64,000 nt of DNA from an uncultured Actinomycetota bacterium (GTDB lineage: Bacteria > Actinomycetota > Acidimicrobiia > Acidimicrobiales > RAAP-2), in NCBI GenBank assembly GCA_963824265.1, contig CAWGOO010000002.1, positions 316,744 through 380,743 on the forward strand, read 5' to 3'. A program made the translations under genes and the position numbers. Each line of letters opens with the position of its first letter. Position 1 is the stretch's first letter. The notes below the pieces were generated by a model, which saw nothing but the letters and a program-made list of their open reading frames with translations, searched no databases and was not told the origin of the DNA. This document shows, piece by piece, positions 19,533 to 27,228 of the stretch.

Positions 19533-19669
19533 TCGAGCGCTCGTTCCTCGCCGCTGAGCGGACCGACCGCGTGGCATCAACGGCGTACCGCCGGGACCAG
19601 GACCCAAATGACCTACACAAGGGCGTGGCCGCCTACCTGGAGGAGCGGCGCCCGGTCTGGAGCGGTTGA
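19529..19669 (+). CDS. 46-aa mini-ORF resembling the C-terminal helix of an enoyl-CoA hydratase/isomerase (possible gene remnant)
   Basis: GTG 19529 overlaps the AKR stop (GTGA), and its own TGA overlaps the next ATG. VIERSFLAAERTDRVASTAYRRDQDPNDLHKGVAAYLEERRPVWSG. Compare the crotonase ending ..EGVAAFLEKRxPxFxG. Confidence 0.4.
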   Translation: MIERSFLAAERTDRVASTAYRRDQDPNDLHKGVAAYLEERRPVWSG

Positions 19670-20124
19670 TGAGAGAACAGCGTCGTGGCCGGCGTATCGC
19701 CATGACCCCCGAGGAGGTCGACGACTTCTTGGAGCAGCAGCCCATCTGTCGGCTCGCCACCGTGAACCATGACGGTTCACCACATGTGTCGCCGCTCTGG
19801 TTCGTCTGGATCGACGGGGCGCTCTGGTTGAATTCCGTCGTCAAGAGCCAGCGTTGGGTAAACCTCCAGCGCGACCGTCGAATCAGCGTGGTCGTCGATG
19901 CCGGCGACACCTTTGCCGAGCTGCGCGGTGTCGAGATGATCGGCGAGGCCTCACCGATGGCCGACGTACCCCGGAGCGCGACGCCCGACGAATCGGTTCG
20001 CGTGCCGGAGGAGGTCTACGGCCAGAAGTACCTCGCTGGGCCCTTCGTCGCCGACGGTGCCCACGCGTGGGTCCGCCTCGTCCCGACCAAGGTAGTGAGC
20101 TGGGACTTCCGCAAGATGGGCTGA
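19669..20124 (+). CDS. Pyridoxamine 5'-phosphate oxidase (PPOX) family protein, probably F420/FMN-dependent
   Basis: ORF 19666..20124. EEVDDFLEQQPICRLATVNHDGSPHVSPLWFVWIDGALW. The start could instead be the later M at 19702. Confidence 0.8.
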   Translation: MREQRRGRRIAMTPEEVDDFLEQQPICRLATVNHDGSPHVSPLWFVWIDGALWLNSVVKSQRWVNLQRDRRISVVVDAGDTFAELRGVEMIGEASPMADVPRSATPDESVRVPEEVYGQKYLAGPFVADGAHAWVRLVPTKVVSWDFRKMG

Positions 20125-20152
20125 CGACTGGCCTTCCCGGCGGCTCTGGGGA

Positions 20153-21310
20153 TCAGGTCCTGCCGTAGTAGCGGAGCGCGTTGCCAGAGGTGATGAGCGT
20201 GGCCTCGTCCTCGGAGAGGCCGGCAACGCTGCCGGCCGCGGCCGCCTGTGAATACGGGAACTTCGTCTCGATGTGTGGGTAGTCCGTGGCCCAGGCGAGG
20301 TGTTCGGGGCCGAGGATGTCGACCGTGAAGCCGACGTTGCGATCCTCGAATTGGAACGTCGCGAGCAGATCGCGGTGCGTCACGTACTCGCTCGGCAGCA
20401 TCGACAACGTGGCCATCCGAGCCGTGTCGAACTTGTCGTAGGCGTGGTCCATCCGGTACATCAGGTGAGGCAGCCATGAGACATCCGCCTCGGCGAGGAC
20501 GAGTTTGAAGCCAGGAAACCGGTCGAAGACGCCACCGAAGATGATGTCGGCGACCGAGAGCTGGATCTCGAATGGGTTCATGATGTAGTTGGCAAACGTG
20601 CCGTTGCCAAATCCGCCAAAACCGCGTACGCCCGTCCCGGTATGCAAACTGATCGGCATCGACAGATCTTGGGCTGCAGCCCAGAATTTATCGTATATCG
20701 GGCTGTGGAATGGACGGTCTATGGGCGGGAATCCAGTGATGCTGGCGCCCCGAAGTCCGTTGGCGGCAATGCGCTCGAGCTCGGCGACCGCGGCGTCGAT
20801 ATCGGCCACGTCGATGGCGCCCACGCCGAACATCCTTTCCGGCGCGTACGAGGTGTACTCAGTGGCGTGGTCGTTGTACGCCCGGAAGCAGGCGGCCCGC
20901 AGCTCGACGTCGTCGAGGTGGAACAGCATCATGCACCACGTGTTGTAGAGGACCTCGGCGCTGACACCGTCGAGGTCCTGCTCCTCGAGCCGCTCTGCCG
21001 GATCCCAGACGCTCTTCGGCGCGCCGGCGAATCCCTGGGCGAACGCCTCGCGAAGCGCGTCGCCCTTGGCCGACGCCCCGACGAAGCCCCCGACGGGCAC
21101 AGGGTCCATGTGCTCGACGTGCCACACGTCGACCATGACGCCGTCATACTCAAGTTTGGTGACTTTCGGCGCCCGCTCGCGAAAGCGCTTGTCCAGTCGC
21201 TGTTCCCACAACTCCGGCGGCTCCACGATGTGCGCATCGGCCGAGACGAGATACATCTTGTCGGCCACCTGCGTGCCGCCGCGCTGATCCGATCCGACGT
21301 TCGTAGACAT
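20153..21310 (-). CDS. Amidohydrolase-2 family metal-dependent hydrolase/decarboxylase (ACMSD-like)
   Basis: ORF 20153..21346. YLVSADAHIVEPPELW, ..ISLHTG.., ..LAWATDYPHIE. The start is uncertain (MSTNVG at 21310 or a later M). Confidence 0.8.
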   Translation of the reverse strand: MSTNVGSDQRGGTQVADKMYLVSADAHIVEPPELWEQRLDKRFRERAPKVTKLEYDGVMVDVWHVEHMDPVPVGGFVGASAKGDALREAFAQGFAGAPKSVWDPAERLEEQDLDGVSAEVLYNTWCMMLFHLDDVELRAACFRAYNDHATEYTSYAPERMFGVGAIDVADIDAAVAELERIAANGLRGASITGFPPIDRPFHSPIYDKFWAAAQDLSMPISLHTGTGVRGFGGFGNGTFANYIMNPFEIQLSVADIIFGGVFDRFPGFKLVLAEADVSWLPHLMYRMDHAYDKFDTARMATLSMLPSEYVTHRDLLATFQFEDRNVGFTVDILGPEHLAWATDYPHIETKFPYSQAAAAGSVAGLSEDEATLITSGNALRYYGRT

Positions 21311-21455
21311 ATCGGCGAGTATCCTCTTCGATAGATGGCATGTCAACCCTCACCAGGGGAGATTGGGCGGGCTGCATTTTCCGCCTCAGGGTGGACGGTC
21401 GGCACGACTCCATCTTGCTTTCAATGAGGTCGTCTGTTTGCCGGCCGACGGGCTC

Positions 21456-21531
21456 CTCCAGCCCCGAAGCCCCGCGCCGCTCTGCCAGCCACGAAGCCCC
21501 GTCGCTCTGCCAGCCCCGAAGCTCCGTCGCT
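21456..21531. repeat. Three tandem 25-26-bp repeats in a divergent intergenic region
   Basis: ctccagccccgaagccccgcgccgct / ctgccagccacgaagccccgtcgct / ctgccagccccgaagctccgtcgct. The period is not a multiple of 3. Confidence 0.85.
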
Positions 21532-21800
21532 CGCCGGTAAGCGGAGCCGGCGGAGGGAACGGCCGGCCCGTGACTACCGCCGAATGTTCCTGGCCGCTGG
21601 CCGGACCATGGGTGATCCGCGACTCCTCCATCCGGATGCGGACCCCTCCCCTGGGCCGATCTCCCGAGACAACGGCTTGACCTGGGCCTTTCGGCGCCAA
21701 AGGCCGGCTGCTGGGCGGTGGCGCTCCAGCGCTCCGGAGGACGAGATGGCGGCGGCTCGCTCGCTGAGCGGACCTCACCTACATAAATGGAAAATCCGCG

Positions 21801-21829
21801 TTGCTTTTTCGGGCCCAGTTCGTTATACA
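21801..21829 (+). promoter_or_regulatory. Candidate sigma-70-type promoter for the substrate-binding-protein gene
   Basis: TTGCTT, a 17-nt spacer, then TATACA in a locally AT-rich stretch. The purine-rich aggggaagggga lies just before ATG 21866. Confidence 0.35.
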
Positions 21830-21865
21830 GTCTTAACAACAACGTAACAGGGGAAGGGGATCCCG

Positions 21866-23119
21866 ATGGGACTGAAGAGGGTACTTGAACGCCGACGGCT
21901 TCCGGCCGCGCTCATGGCGTCTGTCACCGGCTTGGCGATGGTAGCCGCGGTTGCGGCGCCAGCCGTCACGACCACCGCCGGTGCGGCAACCAAGGGCACG
22001 GTCAATTTCGATGCCGTGATGGACCTGACCGGCACATACGGCCAGTACGGCGGTTTCCAGCTGGCCGGGGACAAGGCCATGGTCGCCATCATCAACAAGA
22101 GCGGCGGCATCAACGGCAAGAAGGTCGTTCTCCACTACCAGGACGACCAGTCGAACGCCTCGACCGCGGCGCTCGCCGCCCAGCAGCTGCTGCAGCAGTA
22201 CCCGGCGATCGTCATGGACAGTGGGACGATCACCCCGACCTGCAACGCCGTGCTGCCGGTGACGACCAAGGCGAAGGTCATCTCCTTCTGCTCGGGGACG
22301 TTCCTCCAGACAGAGTTCCCCCACGCCTTTGCGCTGATCCCGACGTCGACACTCCAGGCGGCCTCTGAGGACTCGGCGCTCAAGTCCCTGGGAGTCAAGA
22401 AGATTGCCATCGTCTCCGACCAGTCGTCCGGTGACCTGGCCGGCACCAAGCTGGTGTCGGACAACGCCCCCAAGTACGGCATGACGTCGGTGGGCTACAT
22501 CACCACGCCGACCGGGGCGACCGACTACACGGCCGCCATCCAGCAGGCCAAGAACGCCGGAGCCCAGGCCATCGACCTGCACTCGGTTGTGGCGTCCAGC
22601 GTCGTCGCCTTCATGCGTGACATCCAGACGCTGGGTTGGAAGACAGTCAAGGTCGTGGTCAACGACGAGGCCGTCAGCACCGCAGTCATGACGAACATCC
22701 CGCCGGCCGTGGAAAAGCAGTTCTACGCTGTCGCCCCGCGGCTCTACGTGAAGGGCAAGAAGTCGACCAACCCCTTGCTCACACAGTTCGCCAAGCAGTT
22801 GGCTTCTCAGGGTCCGATCACCGACATCGGCATCTCCGCCTACCACGCTGACGCCCTCAACCTGACCAAGTACGCCATGGCCAAGGCGAAGACCACCACG
22901 ACAGTGACAAAGGTGCAGAAGCAGCTGGAAGCGATGGGCAAGACGAACATCCCGGTGGGGCAGTTCCTCGCCTACCAGAACCCCGGGTACACCGCTGCGA
23001 ACCACGGGCTCCCGAAGTCGACCAACAAGACATACTGGGCGATCATCCGGCCCGGTACGCCGCAAACAGGCCGCTACTCGGGTTACTACATCACCACCAC
23101 GACAGGAACAACTAAGTAA
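21866..23119 (+). CDS. ABC-transporter substrate-binding protein, type I periplasmic-binding fold (LivJ/branched-chain amino-acid-like), orphan
   Basis: ORF 21866..23119. Signal peptide ..MVAAVAAPAVTTTAGAAT. Also GTYGQYGG, VVLHYQDDQSN, and alternating alpha/beta-like sequence. No permease or ATPase gene is adjacent. Confidence 0.75.
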   Translation: MGLKRVLERRRLPAALMASVTGLAMVAAVAAPAVTTTAGAATKGTVNFDAVMDLTGTYGQYGGFQLAGDKAMVAIINKSGGINGKKVVLHYQDDQSNASTAALAAQQLLQQYPAIVMDSGTITPTCNAVLPVTTKAKVISFCSGTFLQTEFPHAFALIPTSTLQAASEDSALKSLGVKKIAIVSDQSSGDLAGTKLVSDNAPKYGMTSVGYITTPTGATDYTAAIQQAKNAGAQAIDLHSVVASSVVAFMRDIQTLGWKTVKVVVNDEAVSTAVMTNIPPAVEKQFYAVAPRLYVKGKKSTNPLLTQFAKQLASQGPITDIGISAYHADALNLTKYAMAKAKTTTTVTKVQKQLEAMGKTNIPVGQFLAYQNPGYTAANHGLPKSTNKTYWAIIRPGTPQTGRYSGYYITTTTGTTK

Positions 23120-23247
23120 CCATCGATCCGGCGGCGGTAGGTCGTTCAGACCAGCACCGAGCGTGCACTGAACGATCGCCGTCGCCGGATCGACTTGGTG
23201 ATCCACGATCGACCGGTTCGCACGCAGCCGGACGGTCGGAGGCAAGC

Positions 23248-23298
23248 GACAACCCGAAACACGCCGAACCACCAGGGTTCGGCGTGTTTCGGGTTGTC
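23248..23298. terminator. Perfect 23-bp-stem hairpin between convergent genes (bidirectional terminator candidate)
   Basis: gacaacccgaaacacgccgaacc - accag - ggttcggcgtgtttcgggttgtc. Confidence 0.6.
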
Positions 23299-23376
23299 AG
23301 CCCGGGTGCTCATCCGCTTCGCTCCCGGATCCTGGCTCTCTCGGCCAGATGATGGCGGCTTCGATCGAGACCCCCT

Positions 23377-24075
23377 CTAGAGGGTCGGCTTTGGCGCCAA
23401 CGCCAGCGACACGATCGCCAGCGTCATCACCGCACCACCTACGGTGACGGTCGCGATGCGTGCACTTCGGAGCCGGAAGTGGGTACTGATGCCGACGAGG
23501 AACAGCACCGATGCGAGGAAGATGGTCGTGCGGACGTAATTGTCCGAATTGGACGCCGCTACCTCCCCCGACGCGTAGGCCGCATCGGCCTCCGCATCGA
23601 GTTGCTTGGACTGCGCCAATCCCGGCTGCACGTAGTCGGGCATGTACGTAGGGCCCTTGGGAGCGTTGGGGTTCGTGGCCGGGTCAGTGGCCAGCCAGGA
23701 GTTGAAGGCGACCAAGAACTGAGGCGAGAAGCGCTTTACCGCGATATTCATCGCCGTCTGATTGTTGAGCGTGTACGCGGTGAACCAGGCATTGAACGTT
23801 GACGAATCGAAGTTCTTCGTCGTCAGGGCGTTCAGATTGGCGCGGTTGGCCTCGGTTCGCGCTGCCGACGCTTTGGCCAGGCTCAACGATGACTCGGTCC
23901 CCCACTTCGCCGAGGCGTACCCCGACCACGCGGCGAGTACCGCCACCACCGCGAGCAGCACCGCTTCGATGATGATCAGGGTTCTTGTCCGGTCTTCTTT
24001 TTCTTCGCCATTGGCGTGCTTCTTGTGTTCGCCAATCTCTTTTCCCACCTCCGTGGGGGACAGTCCCTCCGGCAT
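23377..24075 (-). CDS. Membrane protein, DUF4337-like (tentative)
   Basis: ORF 23377..24105 trimmed to MPEGLSPTEVGKEIGEHKKH.. Charged N-terminus, a TM helix (LIIIEAVLLAVVAVLAAW), a long helical region and a C-terminal TM pair. Confidence 0.6.
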   Translation of the reverse strand: MPEGLSPTEVGKEIGEHKKHANGEEKEDRTRTLIIIEAVLLAVVAVLAAWSGYASAKWGTESSLSLAKASAARTEANRANLNALTTKNFDSSTFNAWFTAYTLNNQTAMNIAVKRFSPQFLVAFNSWLATDPATNPNAPKGPTYMPDYVQPGLAQSKQLDAEADAAYASGEVAASNSDNYVRTTIFLASVLFLVGISTHFRLRSARIATVTVGGAVMTLAIVSLALAPKPTL

Positions 24076-24398
24076 GCACCCTCCTTTTGGGGACCATCCA
24101 AGCACCCGGAAGTTGCGTGCGGGTGAACGGTGGATGACATCGGATCCCGCCGGAACATCGGGGCGCCAAGCGGCGCGTACGGATACCTGTTCGTCACGCC
24201 GAGCTCGACGCGGCGATGATGTTCAGCCACTCATCGGCATGGAGGGATGAATGCACGTCAGGCTCCACTGGTCCGCCGTGGCGGACCGTTGCGGTCGGCA
24301 GCCTGGTTGCCATGTGTCACCCGGTCGCGCCTTCGGAGCATCTGGAGTGTGACGTCGATCGGCTGGCGGGTGGGAACACGATGGTTCGAGCGTGACCG

Positions 24399-25241
24399 GT
24401 GACGGGCCGGACGAGACGGGACCAAGGCCGCCTGACGTCAGGCGGCTTCGGGCCATTCACCACCTGGGGCCTGGCGTCCGACGGACGTGGAGCGGTGCGC
24501 CGATGGGAGAGCCGGCGCCTGCGCAAGCATCCGGCGCCGGCAACCAGGGTCGGGTCGACCTGGTGGGCGCCCTGGGCACGCGGGTGGTGGATCGGCGTGC
24601 TCTTCGCCGTGGGCTCGGTGCTCTTCGCCCTGGGAGCCTTTCCTCCCTATGCAGCCGCGGTCGGCGTAGTCGCCGACGCCGTCACCTATGCCGTCGGCTC
24701 CGTCTACTTCACCGCGGCGGGCTTCCTGCAGTACCGAGAGGCAGTGGACTCGGTCCCCGTCCGTCCCGGCTCGCGCCGGCGCCGAGTATTCGTGTTCCGA
24801 CCCGGTCGGATCGAATGGTTGGCCACGGCCGTCCAACTTGCGGGCACCCTCTTCTTCAATCGCAGCACCTTCAGCGCCTGCCACGCTGACATCACGGCTC
24901 AGGCGGCGCGCCACACGGTCTGGCGTCCCGACGCGTTGGGCTCGATCTGCTTCCTGGTGGCCAGCCTGTTGGCCTGGTGGGAGGTATGCCACGGCTGGGC
25001 CGCCTGGCGTCCGCGTCAGGTCGATTGGTGGATCACCTTCGTCAACCTGGCCGGCTCGGTGGCGTTCGGCGGTTCGGCGGTAGCCGCCTACGTGGTGCCG
25101 GCCACTGGTGATCTACGTAACGCGGAGCTGGCCAACGTCGGGACGTTCGTCGGGGCAGTGGGGTTCTTGGTGGGTGCCATCCTCCTGCTCAAGGAGCGGA
25201 CCGAGGATGTCGACACCGCCACGGAGGCGGCGGCGGCATAG
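24399..25241 (+). CDS. Multi-pass membrane protein (YrhK-like repeats, tentative)
   Basis: ORF 24399..25241. The start may be GTG 24495. Repeated hydrophobic modules: WWIGVLFAVGSVLFALG, YAVGSVYFTAAGF, LAGTLFFNRS, ICFLVASLLAWWE, VNLAGSVAFGG. Confidence 0.6.
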   Translation: MTGRTRRDQGRLTSGGFGPFTTWGLASDGRGAVRRWESRRLRKHPAPATRVGSTWWAPWARGWWIGVLFAVGSVLFALGAFPPYAAAVGVVADAVTYAVGSVYFTAAGFLQYREAVDSVPVRPGSRRRRVFVFRPGRIEWLATAVQLAGTLFFNRSTFSACHADITAQAARHTVWRPDALGSICFLVASLLAWWEVCHGWAAWRPRQVDWWITFVNLAGSVAFGGSAVAAYVVPATGDLRNAELANVGTFVGAVGFLVGAILLLKERTEDVDTATEAAAA

Positions 25242-25282
25242 CCACCGGATCGCGGTCGCCGAACGGTCCGAGGAACCGCTGC

Positions 25283-25456
25283 CTAGCCCCCCAGCTCACG
25301 GACAGCCATGAGCTCAGCTCGAGAGAACAGGAGCCCCCCGCCGTCCGACCCTTGAACCGGGGTCAGGAGCCCTTCGTCGATCATCACCTGCACACGGTCG
25401 TGCGCAACCTCCAGGAGCACCGCTGCCGTCGCCATGTCCACCAGTTCGTCGTCCAC
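25283..25456 (-). CDS. Small helix-turn-helix DNA-binding protein (excisionase/MerR-like HTH), 57 aa
   Basis: Not in the ORF track because it is under 60 aa. My own translation: VDDELVDMATAAVLLEVAHDRVQVMIDEGLLTPVQGSDGGGLLFSRAELMAVRELGG*. GTG 25456 is preceded by gaaaggac. An alternative ATG lies at 25435. Confidence 0.5.
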   Translation of the reverse strand: MDDELVDMATAAVLLEVAHDRVQVMIDEGLLTPVQGSDGGGLLFSRAELMAVRELGG

Positions 25457-25516
25457 GTCAGTCCTTTCGTTCGTTACGAATCCACCTACGAGACGGCGGT
25501 CCGAGCCGGCTCAATC

Positions 25517-25750
25517 TCACTGCACTGCACCGGGGCCCGGCTGCGACTCGGTCCCCGGCACCGGCTGGCAACGGGTGACGGCGAAGGAACCCGGGGGGGT
25601 GCCTAGGTGAAAAGAGATGATCGACGTTGCCATCCGATCGGTATCGCCGAGGATCTGGCTCTGGCTGGTCAGGCCCAGCTCTGGCACACGGATGGTCCAC
25701 CACCCGTCTTCTCGGCGGATGTTGTACCTGTACATGGCGCGGTCGGGCAC
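25517..25750 (-). CDS. HicB-like antitoxin-fold protein (UPF0150-like), tentative
   Basis: ORF 25517..25750. GTG start preceded by ggaggaggag. YRYNIRREDGWWTIRVPELGLTSQSQILGDTDRMATSIISFHLG resembles the N-terminal HicB fold. No HicA-like partner was seen. Confidence 0.5.
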   Translation of the reverse strand: MPDRAMYRYNIRREDGWWTIRVPELGLTSQSQILGDTDRMATSIISFHLGTPPGSFAVTRCQPVPGTESQPGPGAVQ

Positions 25751-25986
25751 CGTTCTCCTCCTCCGCTCGCCTCAGCGGCTCCCCCGGATGGCAACGGTAG
25801 CTGCCAAACCGACTGCCCGCTTGCGAACATATGTTTGTCATATCGAGTGCAGCCCAGTCGGGCTGACGTCCCGTAGGTGACACCGCCCGGTCTCACCCGC
25901 AGGAACGGGGGCCGGCGGCGGCGCATCGGCGGGAGTATCACCTGACACCCAGGGGTGCTCCTTTAATCGGCGATCCACATCGTCAC

Positions 25987-26057
25987 GGTCCGATAGCTCA
26001 GGTGGCAGAGCGCTCGCTTGAACCGCGAGAGCCACTCGTTCGAGTCGGTTCGGACCA
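25987..26057 (+). tRNA. tRNA-like sequence, Phe(GAA)-like, probably degenerate or non-canonical
   Basis: GGTCCGA-TA-GCTC-AGGTGGCA-GAGC-G-CTCGC-TTGAACC-GCGAG-...TTCGAGT...-TCGGACC-A. The acceptor, D and anticodon stems pair perfectly. However, position 37 is C, and the variable plus T-arm region is 20 nt instead of about 22, with a mismatched T-stem. Confidence 0.45.
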
Positions 26058-26139
26058 CGCTGTCGAGAGTCGTTGCCTCGCGCGGTCGAACGGGACTCGG
26101 CCGGCCACCGATGCCCTCGACGATCAGAGGGCCGTAACC

Positions 26140-27015
26140 TCAGCAGCCGGCGACTCGGTTTCGGCCGGTCCGCTTCGCCCGGTACAGCCCGGCGTCGGCT
26201 CGGCGGACGAGATCCTCTGGGTGCCCGGCTGGCAACGTTGCGCACCCGCAGCTGACCGTCAGATCGACCGCAGCCCCCCCAATGGCGACCGGGCTCTCCG
26301 CAACGATCCGACGGATCTGCTCCGCCAACACGATTGCGGCTCGGGGTCCAGTCCGAGGCGAGATGATCAGGAACTCCTCGCCCCCCCAGCGGCCAACGAT
26401 GGCCTGGGGCCACAGCGCGCCTACCAGGCGCCGAGTGACCTCCCGGAGGGCCATGTCACCGGCCAGGTGCCCGTGACCGTCGTTCACCAGCTTGAAGTCG
26501 TCGATGTCCAGCATGAGTACGCTCAGGGCCTCGCGGCGACGGCAGGCGGCGTCGAACTCGATCCTCAGACGCTCGTCGATGTGGCGGCGGTTGAAGACGC
26601 CGGTGAGGTCGTCCACCCGACTGTGGCGCTCGAGCTCCAAATTCCGGCGGATCAACGCTTCGGTCCGGCGAACGGAGCGCGCCACGGTCCCCAAGTACGC
26701 ACCTCCAGCTGCGACCACCCCCATCGTGCGGAGAACGCGCCGAGCCTCAGAGCGCGCTCTCGACAGGTCAACCCTCTTCGGCCCGACCGCAGCCGTTACC
26801 GTCCCGAGTCGCCGCCCTCGGCCAGGCTGGGCGACAGCGACGACGCCTCTCGGCGGTGGGCGCCGTCGCGCCAGCGTGTCCGGGACCGCGACAGGGAGCC
26901 ACGGGTCTAGCCGGGACGTCTCGCAGAAGCCTCGACTTGTGGCCGTGGCCGCCACGACCGACGGGTGGCTCATCCCCGCTCGGGAGTAGTCCTCCAAAAA
27001 GTAGATGTTCGACAT
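26140..27015 (-). CDS. Diguanylate cyclase (GGDEF domain) with an uncharacterised N-terminal region
   Basis: ORF 26140..27147 trimmed to ATG 27015, preceded by agaggag. DDLTGVFNRRH, LMLDIDDFKLVNDGHGHLAGD, GRWGGEEFLII, ADAGLYRAKRTGRNRV. Confidence 0.85.
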   Translation of the reverse strand: MSNIYFLEDYSRAGMSHPSVVAATATSRGFCETSRLDPWLPVAVPDTLARRRPPPRGVVAVAQPGRGRRLGTVTAAVGPKRVDLSRARSEARRVLRTMGVVAAGGAYLGTVARSVRRTEALIRRNLELERHSRVDDLTGVFNRRHIDERLRIEFDAACRRREALSVLMLDIDDFKLVNDGHGHLAGDMALREVTRRLVGALWPQAIVGRWGGEEFLIISPRTGPRAAIVLAEQIRRIVAESPVAIGGAAVDLTVSCGCATLPAGHPEDLVRRADAGLYRAKRTGRNRVAGC

Positions 27016-27228
27016 GGTCGGCTCCTCTGGTGCTGTGCCCTGGTCCCGGTGGGTCGTCTCTGAGCATCTCCCTTCTGACTGCCCGAGACATCGGGAGAAA
27101 GTCCTATTCGCCGGATGGGTCTGCTTATTTGGCCGTCGAGCCGGCACTGGGACTCCGGGAGACGAGCGCGGCCAGAGAAGCCGAAAACGGACCCGCCCTA
27201 TAGTTCTTGCGTGGATAGGGCCGGTTCA

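Noticed and set aside
25751-25986. HicA toxin gene upstream of the HicB-like gene
   Set aside because: The minus-strand ORFs here (for example 25669..25941) have no HicA-like double-stranded-RNA-binding-fold sequence, and they overlap the promoter and palindrome region.
26140-27015. Functional link between the GGDEF cyclase and the GT2 synthase locus (c-di-GMP-activated EPS synthesis)
   Set aside because: The genes are 20 kb apart and separated by many unrelated operons. No PilZ or other c-di-GMP receptor motif was noticed in the synthase.
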